This document shows, in pieces, positions 36,358 to 46,606 of a stretch of DNA of 64,000 nucleotides. Every line of letters begins with the position of its first letter. Position 1 is the first letter of the stretch. A program made the position numbers and the translations under genes. This DNA is from Dehalococcoidia bacterium (GTDB lineage Bacteria; Chloroflexota; Dehalococcoidia; SHYD01), in NCBI GenBank assembly GCA_965220215.1, contig OZ244809.1:989366-1053365 (forward strand), in the 5' to 3' direction. The notes beneath the pieces are model-generated. The model worked only from the letters and a program-made list of their open reading frames with translations, was not told the origin of the DNA and ran no database searches.

Positions 36358-38094
36358 ATGCACCTAAACTATCCTCTGGCGTTACTCCTCCTTCCCACGC
36401 TTATCCTGGCGGGGGTCATGTTCCTGGTGCTCACTCGCTGGAAGGTGCGCAGCTTGCGGCTCTTTGCCCAGGGCACAGTGCTGAACTCCTTACTTACCTC
36501 GGTAAGCGGGTTCAAACAGCGCTTCAAAGTAGCCCTCCTGCTCTTCGCGCTGGCTGCCAGCGTGGTTGCGTTGGGACGGCCCTACTTCGGCACACTGGAG
36601 GACGCGCCCAAGCCCGGCCAGGGGGATGTGGTTGTCGCAATGGATGTGTCTTTGAGCATGGCCGCTCAAGATATGGACGTTTCCCGGCTGGACGAGGCCA
36701 AGGCGCAGACCCTCAGCCTTATCGATGCCCTCCAGGGCGACCGTATTGGCCTAGTGGTCTTTGCCGGTGATGCAACGCTGCGCTTCCCCACTACGTACGA
36801 CTACGGTGCGGCAAAAGTCTTTGTCCAGTCCGTTAATCCCGACTCCGCCCCTACCTCCGGCAGCGCATTGAGCAGCGGCACCAGAACCGCAGTCCATGCG
36901 GTGCGCCAGAGTCTTTCGCCCTTCAAGGCCGTCTTCCTGTTGAGCGACGGCGAAGATCACGGCAGCGACGTTGCTTCCGCCATTGCCCAAGCCGCCAAGG
37001 AAGGCGTGCCGGTCTACACCGTGGGTTTTGGAACGCCGGGTGGCGGGCCCATCCCCATGGAAGACGGCGAGATGAAGCTGAACCAGAGCGGCGTCATGGT
37101 CCACACCAGGCTGGAGGACGCGCCTCTCAAGCTCCTGGCAGAAGGCACCGGCGGGAGCTACTCCCTGGCGTCCTTTGGCGGCAACGAACTGCGACGCGCC
37201 TACGAAACCGCTCGGCAGGCCGAGATAGATCCCACACCTACGGCAGAGCAGATCCCCTTCAACGATCTCACAAGCATCTTTGTGATTCTGGCCTTTATCT
37301 TTCTCACCGGCGAATATCTCATTACCGAACGCCGCTCGGTAAAAGTGCCCGTGCTCCCTGCGCTCACCTTGGCGCTGCCCCTAACCTTGATGCTCGCGCT
37401 GGCCTGCGGGACCACCCCGGAAGGCGCCGCCTTCAAGCTGAACGAGCAGGGCGCCCGCTTTTACCAACAGTCCTTCTTCTTGCAAGCGCTGGACTCTTTC
37501 CGGCAGGCTCAGGTCCAGCGGCCCGACATGCCGGAGCTCTCCATCAACGTGGGAACCGCCCTTTACAAAATTGGGGAGTATAAACGTTCCGCGCGGGAAC
37601 ATCAGCGCGCGCTTACTTCCGAGTCTCAAGAGCTACGCGGCCCGGCCAACTTCAACATCGGCAATGCCTTCTACCAGCTCGGCCAGTACGAGGAGGCTTA
37701 CGAGGCTTACCGGCGTGCGCTGCTCCAAGACCCATCGGACCTAGACGCCAAGATAAACCTGGAGCTCGCGCTGCTACGCATACAAGAGCAACAACAGGCT
37801 CAACAACAGGAGGGGGATGCGCAGCAAGAGGGCGATGGTCAAAGCGACCAGAACTCGGAGCAGCAAGCAAGCCAGCAGGGTGGCGACTCGCAGCGGCAGG
37901 CTGGGAACCAGAATGCTCAACCCCGCCCGCGCGAGTTGCGGCAGGCGCTCAGGATTGCCGGCGAGGACGTAACGCTGGAGGACGCGTTCCTGATCCTTGA
38001 TGCGCTACGGGAAAAAGAGAACGAACTGCAACGCCGCTATCACCAGTCAACTTCCAATACCGGACGGAACAGTGGCGTAGTGAAGGACTGGTAA
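36358..38094 (+). CDS. VWA plus TPR-repeat membrane protein (BatB/BatC-like) with a Gln/acidic-rich C-terminus.
   Basis: MIDAS motif VVAMDVSLSM and TPR repeats (NIGNAFYQLGQYEEAYEAYRRAL) are present. The tail is Q-rich. Confidence 0.85.
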   Translation: MHLNYPLALLLLPTLILAGVMFLVLTRWKVRSLRLFAQGTVLNSLLTSVSGFKQRFKVALLLFALAASVVALGRPYFGTLEDAPKPGQGDVVVAMDVSLSMAAQDMDVSRLDEAKAQTLSLIDALQGDRIGLVVFAGDATLRFPTTYDYGAAKVFVQSVNPDSAPTSGSALSSGTRTAVHAVRQSLSPFKAVFLLSDGEDHGSDVASAIAQAAKEGVPVYTVGFGTPGGGPIPMEDGEMKLNQSGVMVHTRLEDAPLKLLAEGTGGSYSLASFGGNELRRAYETARQAEIDPTPTAEQIPFNDLTSIFVILAFIFLTGEYLITERRSVKVPVLPALTLALPLTLMLALACGTTPEGAAFKLNEQGARFYQQSFFLQALDSFRQAQVQRPDMPELSINVGTALYKIGEYKRSAREHQRALTSESQELRGPANFNIGNAFYQLGQYEEAYEAYRRALLQDPSDLDAKINLELALLRIQEQQQAQQQEGDAQQEGDGQSDQNSEQQASQQGGDSQRQAGNQNAQPRPRELRQALRIAGEDVTLEDAFLILDALREKENELQRRYHQSTSNTGRNSGVVKDW

Positions 38095-38137
38095 TCCTTC
38101 TTCACTTCTCCCGCCGAAGACTAAAGCGTGCGTTAAC

Positions 38138-40684
38138 CTAGGGGCGTCGCGGACGTCCAAACCGTCTGATACGAACCAGAATTCCTATGAACAGCGCTTG
38201 CCGCAACGCCGTCCATGCTTTGTTGATCCCGGTCATCTCCTCGGGGGTTAGCGGCTCCTGGCTGTAGCGGCTCCTGGCATACCCCTGGGCAATCTCATCC
38301 GCCTCGCCTTGCACCAGTGGCATGGAACTGCCGAGCATTTGGGCATATTCGTGCGGTGTCTCCTGGGCCTTGGGAGCAAGGCCAGCTAGGCCAGCCAGCC
38401 GGCACATCTTCTCGTATACCTGCGCGGAAAAGCTCAGAGAGCGCAATCCCAGCTCCCACAGGAAGCGTAGTAGCAAAGTGACGAACCCAATGGACGCACC
38501 AATAATCGCCAGGGCTACCAGAAGCTTCGTTGGGTCAGTCCCGCCCGTCAATATTCCGGGATCAATAAACTCATCCTCTTCTTCCAACGGCTCCGACAGG
38601 TCACCGCCTTCAAGCAGGTCATCATCAAAAAGTTCTTCCTCTTCAGTAAAACCGCCGCTGGTGAGGAATCGGCGCGGGAACGTGGGCCAGTTAGGGCTAG
38701 GGTTGAACTCCACCCAGCCATAGGAGGGAAAGAAGACATCCACCCAGGCGTGTGCGTGTGATTCCTGCACCACGTAATGCTCTTGCTGGCTATCCCAGTC
38801 ACCGCTCACATAACCCACCACAACCCGGCTGGGAATACCCACGCCTCGCAGCATGACCGCCATTGCAGAAGCAAAATAGTCTGCATAACCCCGCCGCGTG
38901 GACAGAAAGTAGTCCACTCCGTCGCCGTCTCTCGGCGGCGGTGGGATATTCGTGCTGTATTCAAATTCCCGTAGCTTGGCTTCGATAGCCACGGCTTGAT
39001 CGAACGGAGTAGTAACGTCCTTTGTCCACTCCCTAGCCGTGTCCATTACCCTTGGCGGAATGTCCTGTGGAAGCTGGAGATACTTATCCGTCACCCAGCC
39101 GGGATACTCTCGCCCTGCTTCCTGCAACGATTCCACCGGCGCGACAGAGATTGACGAGGTCACGCTGTACGCCTGCCTCCGGCCCACGGGAACGGAAGGC
39201 CGTACAACGTTAAAATCTGGGGGGAAGGACTCTGTTCGCCTTATGTCCAGCGCCAGCACCTCCGAGCCTCTCACGGTTGGCTGGGTAACCCGCAAATCAG
39301 GCGGCAATAGCCTCTGGAGTTCCTGCTGGCTTACTAACCTCCCCGGGTTGCGCAAACTCGAGCGCAGCGTCCTGGCAAGCTCCTGAAGTGTGGGGCTGAG
39401 CGTGTTGTTGTTTCCCAGATCGTCCAGGTCCAGGGTAACCGCAAGGGGGTCGCTAACCTCGCCCTTCGCGGGTGTATTGCCGTAGATGGCCAAGCCGCGA
39501 TAGAAGAGGATATCTTGAGACGAGACGGGTTCCATTGTTTGCGTAAAGGGCACGCGCTCCTGGTACTCGTTGATGGCGCCTTGAACCGGGCTCTGCGGCA
39601 ACTCTTTCTCTGTTCTCGGCGGCTGCACCCATCCTTGTCCGGTGTAGGTGCTGTAGGTTTCGGCGCGCCAGTTGCCCGGCTCATCCGCCTGAGCGAAAAA
39701 CACGGTGTTTCGAGCCAATCTCATCCGGCCGGCTACGGCCAGTTCGTCACCAAAGTTGACCGCGCCTCGCAGCGGTAAGGCTCCACCAAACGAGTGGAGC
39801 GGCGCCGCCTGACCTGAGCTAAGGGAAGCAAAGAGCCGGTCAAACTCACGCTCAAATGAGCGCCAGGGCGCAGTCGTTTGCTCCCAAAAGATAGTCACCG
39901 GCAGTGATTGCCCAATGTGCGGCATCCAGAAGACCAGCGCCAGCAGTATGCCGCCGGAGAAGAAGACCGGGGCCATGGAGCCCGCGCGGCGCATCTCATT
40001 GGGGCTAACTTTCTCATTCCGCCAGTGGCGCTGCAGCTCAGAGCGTTGTGATGCCATCACTAGCGCCAGTCCTAGGAGCACAAACATGAAGAAGAACTCC
40101 CCAAACCGGCCAGGCAAGTAGGTTAGGTTAACCAGCAACGCTATTGCCGGCGGAACCAGCGCCAGCCAAACATTGTGGTGGCGGTACAAGAACCAGGTGG
40201 ACCCGTAGGCAACCAGCCAGGCCAATATAATCACCTGTACCGCAAAGGGTAGGCCGTCCGTGCTGATACCACCCTCCTGGGCAATGATCCAGAACTCATT
40301 CAAGCGCAACGCCGCATCGATGGCCTGCTCTTCAAAAGTAGCGCCTTCGGAGACGGTTATGGTGAGCCAGCCTCCCGCTACCAGCCCAAGAAATGCTCCT
40401 AAGGGATGGAGCAATAGAGCCCATACCTTGAATCGGGAGAGCACATAGCTGATCAGAACCGCCAGTAACGTTAGTCCGGAGAGCCCGGGCATTTCCGGCA
40501 CCCAGCCGGCCCCTTCTACGGACCAGACCGTCACCAGGAAGAGCATGGTGGCAAGAAAAAGGACCAGCCACCCCTCTGCCGGGTGGAGTATGGCTTTGAA
40601 GCCGTCGAACGAGAAATTGTCTAAGCGGAAGGCCGGCGGCGTATCTTGGTCGCTGTTTCGGTTGAACTGCGATCTCGTGTTCAT
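38138..40684 (-). CDS. Transglutaminase-like membrane protein (TgpA-like; DUF3488 N-terminal TM domain plus transglutaminase core).
   Basis: 848 aa, polytopic N-terminus. The Cys-His-Asp core region YADYFASAMAVMLRGVGIPSRVVVGYV...ESHAHAWVDVFFPSYGWVEFNP is present. Confidence 0.85.
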   Translation of the reverse strand: MNTRSQFNRNSDQDTPPAFRLDNFSFDGFKAILHPAEGWLVLFLATMLFLVTVWSVEGAGWVPEMPGLSGLTLLAVLISYVLSRFKVWALLLHPLGAFLGLVAGGWLTITVSEGATFEEQAIDAALRLNEFWIIAQEGGISTDGLPFAVQVIILAWLVAYGSTWFLYRHHNVWLALVPPAIALLVNLTYLPGRFGEFFFMFVLLGLALVMASQRSELQRHWRNEKVSPNEMRRAGSMAPVFFSGGILLALVFWMPHIGQSLPVTIFWEQTTAPWRSFEREFDRLFASLSSGQAAPLHSFGGALPLRGAVNFGDELAVAGRMRLARNTVFFAQADEPGNWRAETYSTYTGQGWVQPPRTEKELPQSPVQGAINEYQERVPFTQTMEPVSSQDILFYRGLAIYGNTPAKGEVSDPLAVTLDLDDLGNNNTLSPTLQELARTLRSSLRNPGRLVSQQELQRLLPPDLRVTQPTVRGSEVLALDIRRTESFPPDFNVVRPSVPVGRRQAYSVTSSISVAPVESLQEAGREYPGWVTDKYLQLPQDIPPRVMDTAREWTKDVTTPFDQAVAIEAKLREFEYSTNIPPPPRDGDGVDYFLSTRRGYADYFASAMAVMLRGVGIPSRVVVGYVSGDWDSQQEHYVVQESHAHAWVDVFFPSYGWVEFNPSPNWPTFPRRFLTSGGFTEEEELFDDDLLEGGDLSEPLEEEDEFIDPGILTGGTDPTKLLVALAIIGASIGFVTLLLRFLWELGLRSLSFSAQVYEKMCRLAGLAGLAPKAQETPHEYAQMLGSSMPLVQGEADEIAQGYARSRYSQEPLTPEEMTGINKAWTALRQALFIGILVRIRRFGRPRRP

Positions 40685-41919
40685 AGTGGCCCGCTACCTT
40701 CTGGTACGGCTATCTGTGCGACTGCGGCGATGTCCTCCATCCCCTCCACCGCTTGCTGTACCGACTCGCCCCGCTTGAGGGAATAGGACTGCACACCCGC
40801 GGCCAGCAGTGCGCTGACTACCAAGAGGGGGTTGGACGCTGTTCCAAAGGTATTCGGCTCCACGAAGACAGAAGCTACCCGAGCGCCTTTGCGCATCAGG
40901 TGTTCTAGCTGGTGAACCCAGGACTCCTCAACAGAAGGCGTTACAACAAGTAGCGTGGAGAACCGGCCAAAGCGCCCGGACTCTGCCGCCAGCAAGCTAG
41001 CCAGGGGGATGTGTCCCTCCGCACGCACCAAGGCCAAGGCTTCCATGATCTTAACAAGCTGATGACCGCCGCGCTCCGGACGATGCACGTCCAGGTAGCG
41101 GCCGTTGGTGAGCATCCCCAGCGGACGGCTAGATTCCAGATAGAGCTTCGCCACAGAAGCCGCCAGGGTGACGCCGTATTCTTCGGTACTTTGCAGCCCA
41201 GAGCCCGCGTGCACTCGCTGCTCCATATCCAAGATCAGCCATGTTTCACTGGCAGGGTCCAACTCAAACTCTTTCACCATCAGCGTGTTGTTGCGGGCTG
41301 TGCTGGGCCAGTGGATACGGTTGTAGCTATCGCCAAAGACATACTCCCGCACTCCGGACGCGTTCGGGGTGATGAAGTGGGTGCGGCGACGGTGCCGCCC
41401 CTCGCCGGGAAGCTCGGCAGGCGGCAGGGCGAAGTCCGGCAGAGCCACCGTGGCAGGATAGACGAGCACATTGTGGCGGCCAGGAAACTGTCGCTTTCGC
41501 TGAAACAAGCCAAAGGGGTCGCTGCTGCTCGCGGTAATGGATCCGACTGTGTAGCGACCCCGCTGTATGCAGGGAAAACTCAGGGGAACATTCACCCCCA
41601 TACCGGCTGCCAAATGCACCACATGGGGCACAGGAGCCACAGGGAGGGTAGACTGCACCTGCAATTCAAGCCACTGCTTGGGTATAGGGTGACTATTCTG
41701 GACAGTGAGGGGAATAGCAGCGTCTTGCCCTACCGTTGTGAGCGTCGTCCCCGCTGGCATGCGCACGGTGACGCCCGACAAACTAAGACGCGCCCAGATC
41801 CCTCCTGCCACTAGCAGGCCGGTGAGCATATAGGTCACCCGAGCAAAGAGGTCTGAGCCGTTGGCCAGCGCGAAGAGAGCACAGAGGAGGGTAAGAAAGA
41901 CTACCAGTGCCACGCGCAT
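40681..41919 (-). CDS. DUF58 protein, MoxR partner.
   Basis: The YNRIHWPSTARNNTLMVKEFE motif is present. Operonic, with 4-bp overlaps, with the TgpA-like and MoxR genes. Confidence 0.85.
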   Translation of the reverse strand: MRVALVVFLTLLCALFALANGSDLFARVTYMLTGLLVAGGIWARLSLSGVTVRMPAGTTLTTVGQDAAIPLTVQNSHPIPKQWLELQVQSTLPVAPVPHVVHLAAGMGVNVPLSFPCIQRGRYTVGSITASSSDPFGLFQRKRQFPGRHNVLVYPATVALPDFALPPAELPGEGRHRRRTHFITPNASGVREYVFGDSYNRIHWPSTARNNTLMVKEFELDPASETWLILDMEQRVHAGSGLQSTEEYGVTLAASVAKLYLESSRPLGMLTNGRYLDVHRPERGGHQLVKIMEALALVRAEGHIPLASLLAAESGRFGRFSTLLVVTPSVEESWVHQLEHLMRKGARVASVFVEPNTFGTASNPLLVVSALLAAGVQSYSLKRGESVQQAVEGMEDIAAVAQIAVPEGSGPL

Positions 41920-42044
41920 GGGAATTAGCTCATACCTTAAGGTTTGGGGACAGTCCCGCTGAGCACGGCAGCGTGCAACATTGCTTTACGGTTCCCAGGG
42001 GTTCTCTGCATCATCCACCGCCACACAGTTCCAGCGCGGTTGAA

Positions 42045-43070
42045 TTAGGATGCGACTCCCCGTCCGGCGCGAGCGCCCGGCACCGGGGTGACAGCAATAA
42101 CTTCACGGATAACGTCATCCGGAGACATATCCTTAACCCTGGCGGCAGGATTGACGATGATGCGATGAGCAAGGGCCGGGATGGCTAGCGCTTTGATATC
42201 GTCGGGGAGCACAAAGTCCCGGTCGTGCAACATCGCATAAGCCTGCGATGTCCTGAACAGCGCCAAAGAACCGCGTGGAGAAGCTCCAAGATAGACATCA
42301 TCGTGATGGCGGGTAGCATCGGACAGCGCCACAATGTACTGCTTCACCAGCGAATCCACGTAGACACTCTTTATTACTGCTTGCATCTGCAAGAGTTCCT
42401 CAACATCCACTACCTGCTCTACTTCTCCCACCTCGTCGTTATCCTGCAGGCGGTCTAGGATCACTACTTCGTCGGCCGTGGAGGGGTACCCAAGGTTAAT
42501 ACGCATGAGGAAACGGTCTAGCTGCGCCTCTGGAAGCGGAAATGTGCCTTCGTACTCGATTGGGTTTTGTGTCGCCATTACCATGAAGGGATCGGGCAGC
42601 ATGTGCGGCATACCGTCCACGGACACCTGCCGCTCTTCCATGGCCTCCAGCAACGCCGACTGCGTCTTTGGCGTCGCTCGGTTGATCTCGTCTACAAGGA
42701 CTATCTGGGCAAAAACCGGCCCGGCGCGGAACTCAAAGTCTTGGTCGCGCTGGTTGAAAATCGAAACGCCCGTAACGTCGGTGGGCAAGAGGTCGGGCGT
42801 AAACTGAAGCCGTCTAAACGAGCACCCTAGGGAACGTGCAATACTCTTTGCCAGCGTAGTCTTGCCCACGCCCGGCACGTCTTCGATAAGCAGATGGCCC
42901 TGGCACAAGAGCGCCACAACAGCCAGCTCTACCTCAGCCCGCTTCCCTACAATAGCGCGTTCTACGTTGGTTACAATGCGCTCATTGACACTGCTAGAGC
43001 GTTCCAAGGCGGCTCCTTTCGTCTCAAGCTGTGAAACTTCACCCTTTGGCGGGCGCACAGCCGTGACCAC
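42045..43070 (-). CDS. MoxR-family AAA+ ATPase.
   Basis: Walker A DVPGVGKT and Walker [10 protein letters not shown] are present. GTG start. Confidence 0.9.
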   Translation of the reverse strand: MVTAVRPPKGEVSQLETKGAALERSSSVNERIVTNVERAIVGKRAEVELAVVALLCQGHLLIEDVPGVGKTTLAKSIARSLGCSFRRLQFTPDLLPTDVTGVSIFNQRDQDFEFRAGPVFAQIVLVDEINRATPKTQSALLEAMEERQVSVDGMPHMLPDPFMVMATQNPIEYEGTFPLPEAQLDRFLMRINLGYPSTADEVVILDRLQDNDEVGEVEQVVDVEELLQMQAVIKSVYVDSLVKQYIVALSDATRHHDDVYLGASPRGSLALFRTSQAYAMLHDRDFVLPDDIKALAIPALAHRIIVNPAARVKDMSPDDVIREVIAVTPVPGARAGRGVAS

Positions 43071-43127
43071 ATTCTAGCAGCGACTTGCTAGATAGCAAGA
43101 TGTCAGACAGGGCTGCGGCGTTACTGG

Positions 43128-44096
43128 CTACTCCTGACCCCGAAACACTACCAGGATAGATCCTGACACTACCAGCCACAGAAGCACATCCAGGAGGAGC
43201 GGCTTGTCTCCAAGCAACGTCTCTTCCGGGCTCCCACCCATCTGCTTGTGGTAGACCAGGAAAAGGTACCGAAACACCCCATATACCACAAAGGGAAGTG
43301 TCCACATCATGGCATGATTGGTAGGAAGTGCCGCAGCACTGAACGTGTACAGGCAGTACGCGATTACGGTGCTGGGGGCCACAACGCCTAGCATCTGGTC
43401 CAACAACTCCGGAGAGTACGCCTCCAGCGTCTTCCTATGCTCCGGCGCCTTGTCTTGGAGCAGCAGCAGCTCATGGCGACGCTTGGGAATCGCGAGGAAG
43501 AGTGCGCCCAGGAAGGTGCACACGTAGAGCCACGGAGAGATGGGCACCTGAATGGCTACTGCGCCCCCTACCGCTCGGAGCACAAACCCCATCGATAGGA
43601 TGCAGATGTCCAGGATGACCTGATGCTTCAAGCCCAGGGTATACGCCGTTGTGAGGGCTATGTATCCTGCCGTCACCAGGGCGAAGGCAGGCCCCAGCAA
43701 CAGGCTGGCCCCAAGGCCGCCGGCAGCAAGCACGCCGGACGCCGCGAGGGCTACTTTTGGAGAGACCCGGCCTGCCGCAATGGGACGGTTGCGCTTGGTC
43801 GGGTGCGCCCTATCCTGGGAAGCATCCATCACGTCGTTGAGCAGATACGCAGCGCTGGAGAGCATGGAAAAGAGGACAAAGGCGGCAAAGGAGCGGGCAA
43901 CGATCTCCGTGACCGCCGGGAAGTCGGTAGGAGACCAGTACTCATTGATGGAGAACAGCAGTGCCATGAAGACCAGGCCGTTCTTCAACCACTGGCGCGG
44001 CCGCAGGGAGGTCACCAGATCGCGCCACGGACGGGTAACAGCGGGCGTCAGCTCTGTCGCCGTGGCATCGGCTGGGGCCGGAGCCTGGAAGTTCAT
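43128..44096 (-). CDS. UbiA-family prenyl/phosphoribosyl transferase, decaprenyl-phosphate phosphoribosyltransferase (DPPR synthase)-like.
   Basis: Polytopic, 322 aa. Begins LRPRQWLKNGLVF... and carries NDVMDASQDRAHPTKRNRPIAAGRVS (NDxxDxxxD...HPxKxxRPxAxG), which is more like the Rv3806c-type subfamily than quinone UbiA enzymes. Confidence 0.6.
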   Translation of the reverse strand: MNFQAPAPADATATELTPAVTRPWRDLVTSLRPRQWLKNGLVFMALLFSINEYWSPTDFPAVTEIVARSFAAFVLFSMLSSAAYLLNDVMDASQDRAHPTKRNRPIAAGRVSPKVALAASGVLAAGGLGASLLLGPAFALVTAGYIALTTAYTLGLKHQVILDICILSMGFVLRAVGGAVAIQVPISPWLYVCTFLGALFLAIPKRRHELLLLQDKAPEHRKTLEAYSPELLDQMLGVVAPSTVIAYCLYTFSAAALPTNHAMMWTLPFVVYGVFRYLFLVYHKQMGGSPEETLLGDKPLLLDVLLWLVVSGSILVVFRGQE

Positions 44097-44340
44097 CGTT
44101 TCCTCAGTACCACTCTGGCCTTCACAGTAGCGTAGCTCCCAGTAAGCGTCAATTGTCTATGATTGACTTTGCATCTGGGGCCTACGTATGCTGATATATT
44201 GCTATGTCACGGGTGCGTCTAGACACACTATTGGTTGCGCAGAGCCATACCGCCACACGTGGGCGCGCTCAAGCGCTCACCCTGAGCGGCGCGGTGCGCA
44301 TAGGTGACCGTTCTATGGTGTTACCCTTCAGCAGCCCAGC

Positions 44341-45225
44341 ATGAGCAAGCGCATCGGCATCCTCTATCACCCCCGGCTCTCGGAAGCGCTTACCCTCAGC
44401 GAGGCGCTGAAGGAACGCCTGCAGCAAAGCAAGTACGAGGTCTGGACTGCCTCAGCCTGGGCGGAGCAGTCTACTACCCCTTTGATGCCCGATACTTCCG
44501 CCCTGGTGACCATCGGTGGAGACGGCACCATCCTGCGCGCTGCCCGCTCGCTTATTCCGCATCCTATCCCCATTCTTGGCATCCGTTACGGCCGTCTAGG
44601 GTTCCTGGCAGGGGTGCCACCGGAAGACGCTCTGGAGCAGGTTCCCCACATGCTGGAAAGGGAGGAGGCCCCCACTACGCGCGCCATGCTCCAAGCCATC
44701 TGCCCGCCAACGGTGCTGAACGCCCTCTTTACGCAAGAGCACCACCCGCTTCTGGCGGACGAGCCGCAGCTTAACGGGCTCAACGACGTGGTCATTGCAC
44801 GCGGTGCGGTGGGCCGGCCCATTACTATCGAAGTGAGTATAGACAAGCAGCCGGTCACCAGCTACCGCGCAGATGCCGTCATCGTCGCCACGGCCACGGG
44901 CTCAACGGGCTACGTCCTGGCTGCCGGCGGGCCCGTGCTGCATCCAACGTCGCCCAATATCATCCTTATGCCCGTCTCTGCCCATGCCACCCTGGACAAT
45001 CCGATGGTGCTGGAGCCCTATGCAGAGGTTGAGCTTACCGTGCACAGCGACCAAGGCGCATTCCTGAGCGTAGACGGCCAGGTAGACCTACCTCTGCCTG
45101 AAGGCGCGACGGTCACCGTGCGCCGCAGCCCGTACAACGCCTATTTTATCCACGACGGCTCAATAGACCAGTTCTACAGCCAGCTCCTCACCCGCCTCCG
45201 CTTTGGAGAAGCAACAGACCCCTAA
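44341..45225 (+). CDS. nadK: NAD+ kinase.
   Basis: GGDGT motif VTIGGDGTILRAA, NDVVIARG and the ATGSTGY region are present. Confidence 0.9.
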   Translation: MSKRIGILYHPRLSEALTLSEALKERLQQSKYEVWTASAWAEQSTTPLMPDTSALVTIGGDGTILRAARSLIPHPIPILGIRYGRLGFLAGVPPEDALEQVPHMLEREEAPTTRAMLQAICPPTVLNALFTQEHHPLLADEPQLNGLNDVVIARGAVGRPITIEVSIDKQPVTSYRADAVIVATATGSTGYVLAAGGPVLHPTSPNIILMPVSAHATLDNPMVLEPYAEVELTVHSDQGAFLSVDGQVDLPLPEGATVTVRRSPYNAYFIHDGSIDQFYSQLLTRLRFGEATDP

Positions 45226-45287
45226 TCACCCGACGGCGGGCACTACTCGCCGGACCCTGCGGTGACCATACCAGGCGTCAGCACTCT

Positions 45288-46598
45288 ATGAGCAGCGTTC
45301 CGCCCAGCAAGCCATCCCAAGAAGCGGCAACCGCCAGCGCCATCCTTCAAGCGTTGCGTGATGAGCTGCGCGCTGCAGAAGCCCGGGCGTCCCAGGACGG
45401 CGGCCCAACGGCTCCCGCGTCCGGCTTGCAGCAGGCGCGTGATCCCCTGAAGCAGCTCACCGCGGAGCTTACCGAGCGCTGGACCATCAAACCACGGCCT
45501 TTCACTTCTGGAGCGCCGCTGGTAGGCGGCCTCATTGTCCGCTTCCGCACCCTCTGGAATGAGGTCTCGACGCGCTGGTACGTCGACCCGCTTGTTCAAC
45601 AGCAGTCCGATTTCAACAACGCCGTGCTCCGCTTGGCCCAAGTGCTACAAGCTATGCAAGAAGAAATGCGCCTGGTCTGGGAAGAGGCCGCCCAGAACGA
45701 CCGCCGGGGACTGGAGGTTAGCCGCAGCCTGGCCCAGCTAGACTTAGTACTCAAGGCCGTCCAGGAGCAGCAACGACAACTCCAGGAGCAGACCGAGCAC
45801 AGCTCGCTGGCTGCGTTGGAGGCCCGCCTAACCCGTTTAGAGGGGCTGCTAGCTCAGCCTGCAAACCAGGCAACCACACCAGACACACTTCTGCCCCCTC
45901 CGCCAGCTCTACCTATGGATTATTTTGCCTTTCAGGAGCGCTTTCGTGGCTCGGCAACGGCCATCAAGGCCCGCCAGCAGCCCTACGTGGAGTACTTCCG
46001 CGGCCGTGAACCGGTGCTGGACCTGGGCTGCGGCCGGGGCGAATTTCTGGAACTGCTCAAAGAAGCAGGCGTGGCCTCACGGGGCATCGACTCCGACGCC
46101 AGTATGGTGGCCTACTGCCGGGAACGCGGCCTCCCAGCTGAACAGGGCGACTTTATGCCCTTTCTGGCCGGCCAGCAGGACGCCAGTGTGGGCGGCATCT
46201 TTGCCGCACAGGTGATAGAGCATCTGCCGCCCAGCGTGCTCCTGGCGCTCCTGCAATCCGCCTATGCTAAACTGCAGCCCGGCGGCGTGCTGCTGCTGGA
46301 GACCATCAACCCGCTCTGCCTGTGGGCCCTCGCCTCCAGCTACACCCTCGACCTCACCCACGCGCAGCCGGTGCATCCAGAGACCGCCGCGTTCCTGGCA
46401 GAGTCGCTGGGATTCGACGCCGTGGAGATACGCTACACCTCGCCGGTGCCGGAACAGGCGCAGCTCCAGCCCCTGGCGCCGCTGCCCGACCCTCAATGGG
46501 AGCCCTGGCGGCAGCAGCTCAACGAGAACCTGCAGAAGCTCAATAACTTGCTCTACACCTATCAGGACTACGCGCTGATGGCGCGCAAGCCCGCCTAG
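45288..46598 (+). CDS. Class I SAM-dependent methyltransferase with an N-terminal coiled-coil domain.
   Basis: Motif I VLDLGCGRGEF in the C-terminal half. The N-terminal 200 aa are heptad-like (Q/E/L rich). Confidence 0.75.
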   Translation: MSSVPPSKPSQEAATASAILQALRDELRAAEARASQDGGPTAPASGLQQARDPLKQLTAELTERWTIKPRPFTSGAPLVGGLIVRFRTLWNEVSTRWYVDPLVQQQSDFNNAVLRLAQVLQAMQEEMRLVWEEAAQNDRRGLEVSRSLAQLDLVLKAVQEQQRQLQEQTEHSSLAALEARLTRLEGLLAQPANQATTPDTLLPPPPALPMDYFAFQERFRGSATAIKARQQPYVEYFRGREPVLDLGCGRGEFLELLKEAGVASRGIDSDASMVAYCRERGLPAEQGDFMPFLAGQQDASVGGIFAAQVIEHLPPSVLLALLQSAYAKLQPGGVLLLETINPLCLWALASSYTLDLTHAQPVHPETAAFLAESLGFDAVEIRYTSPVPEQAQLQPLAPLPDPQWEPWRQQLNENLQKLNNLLYTYQDYALMARKPA

Positions 46599-46606
46599 CG
46601 CTGCCG

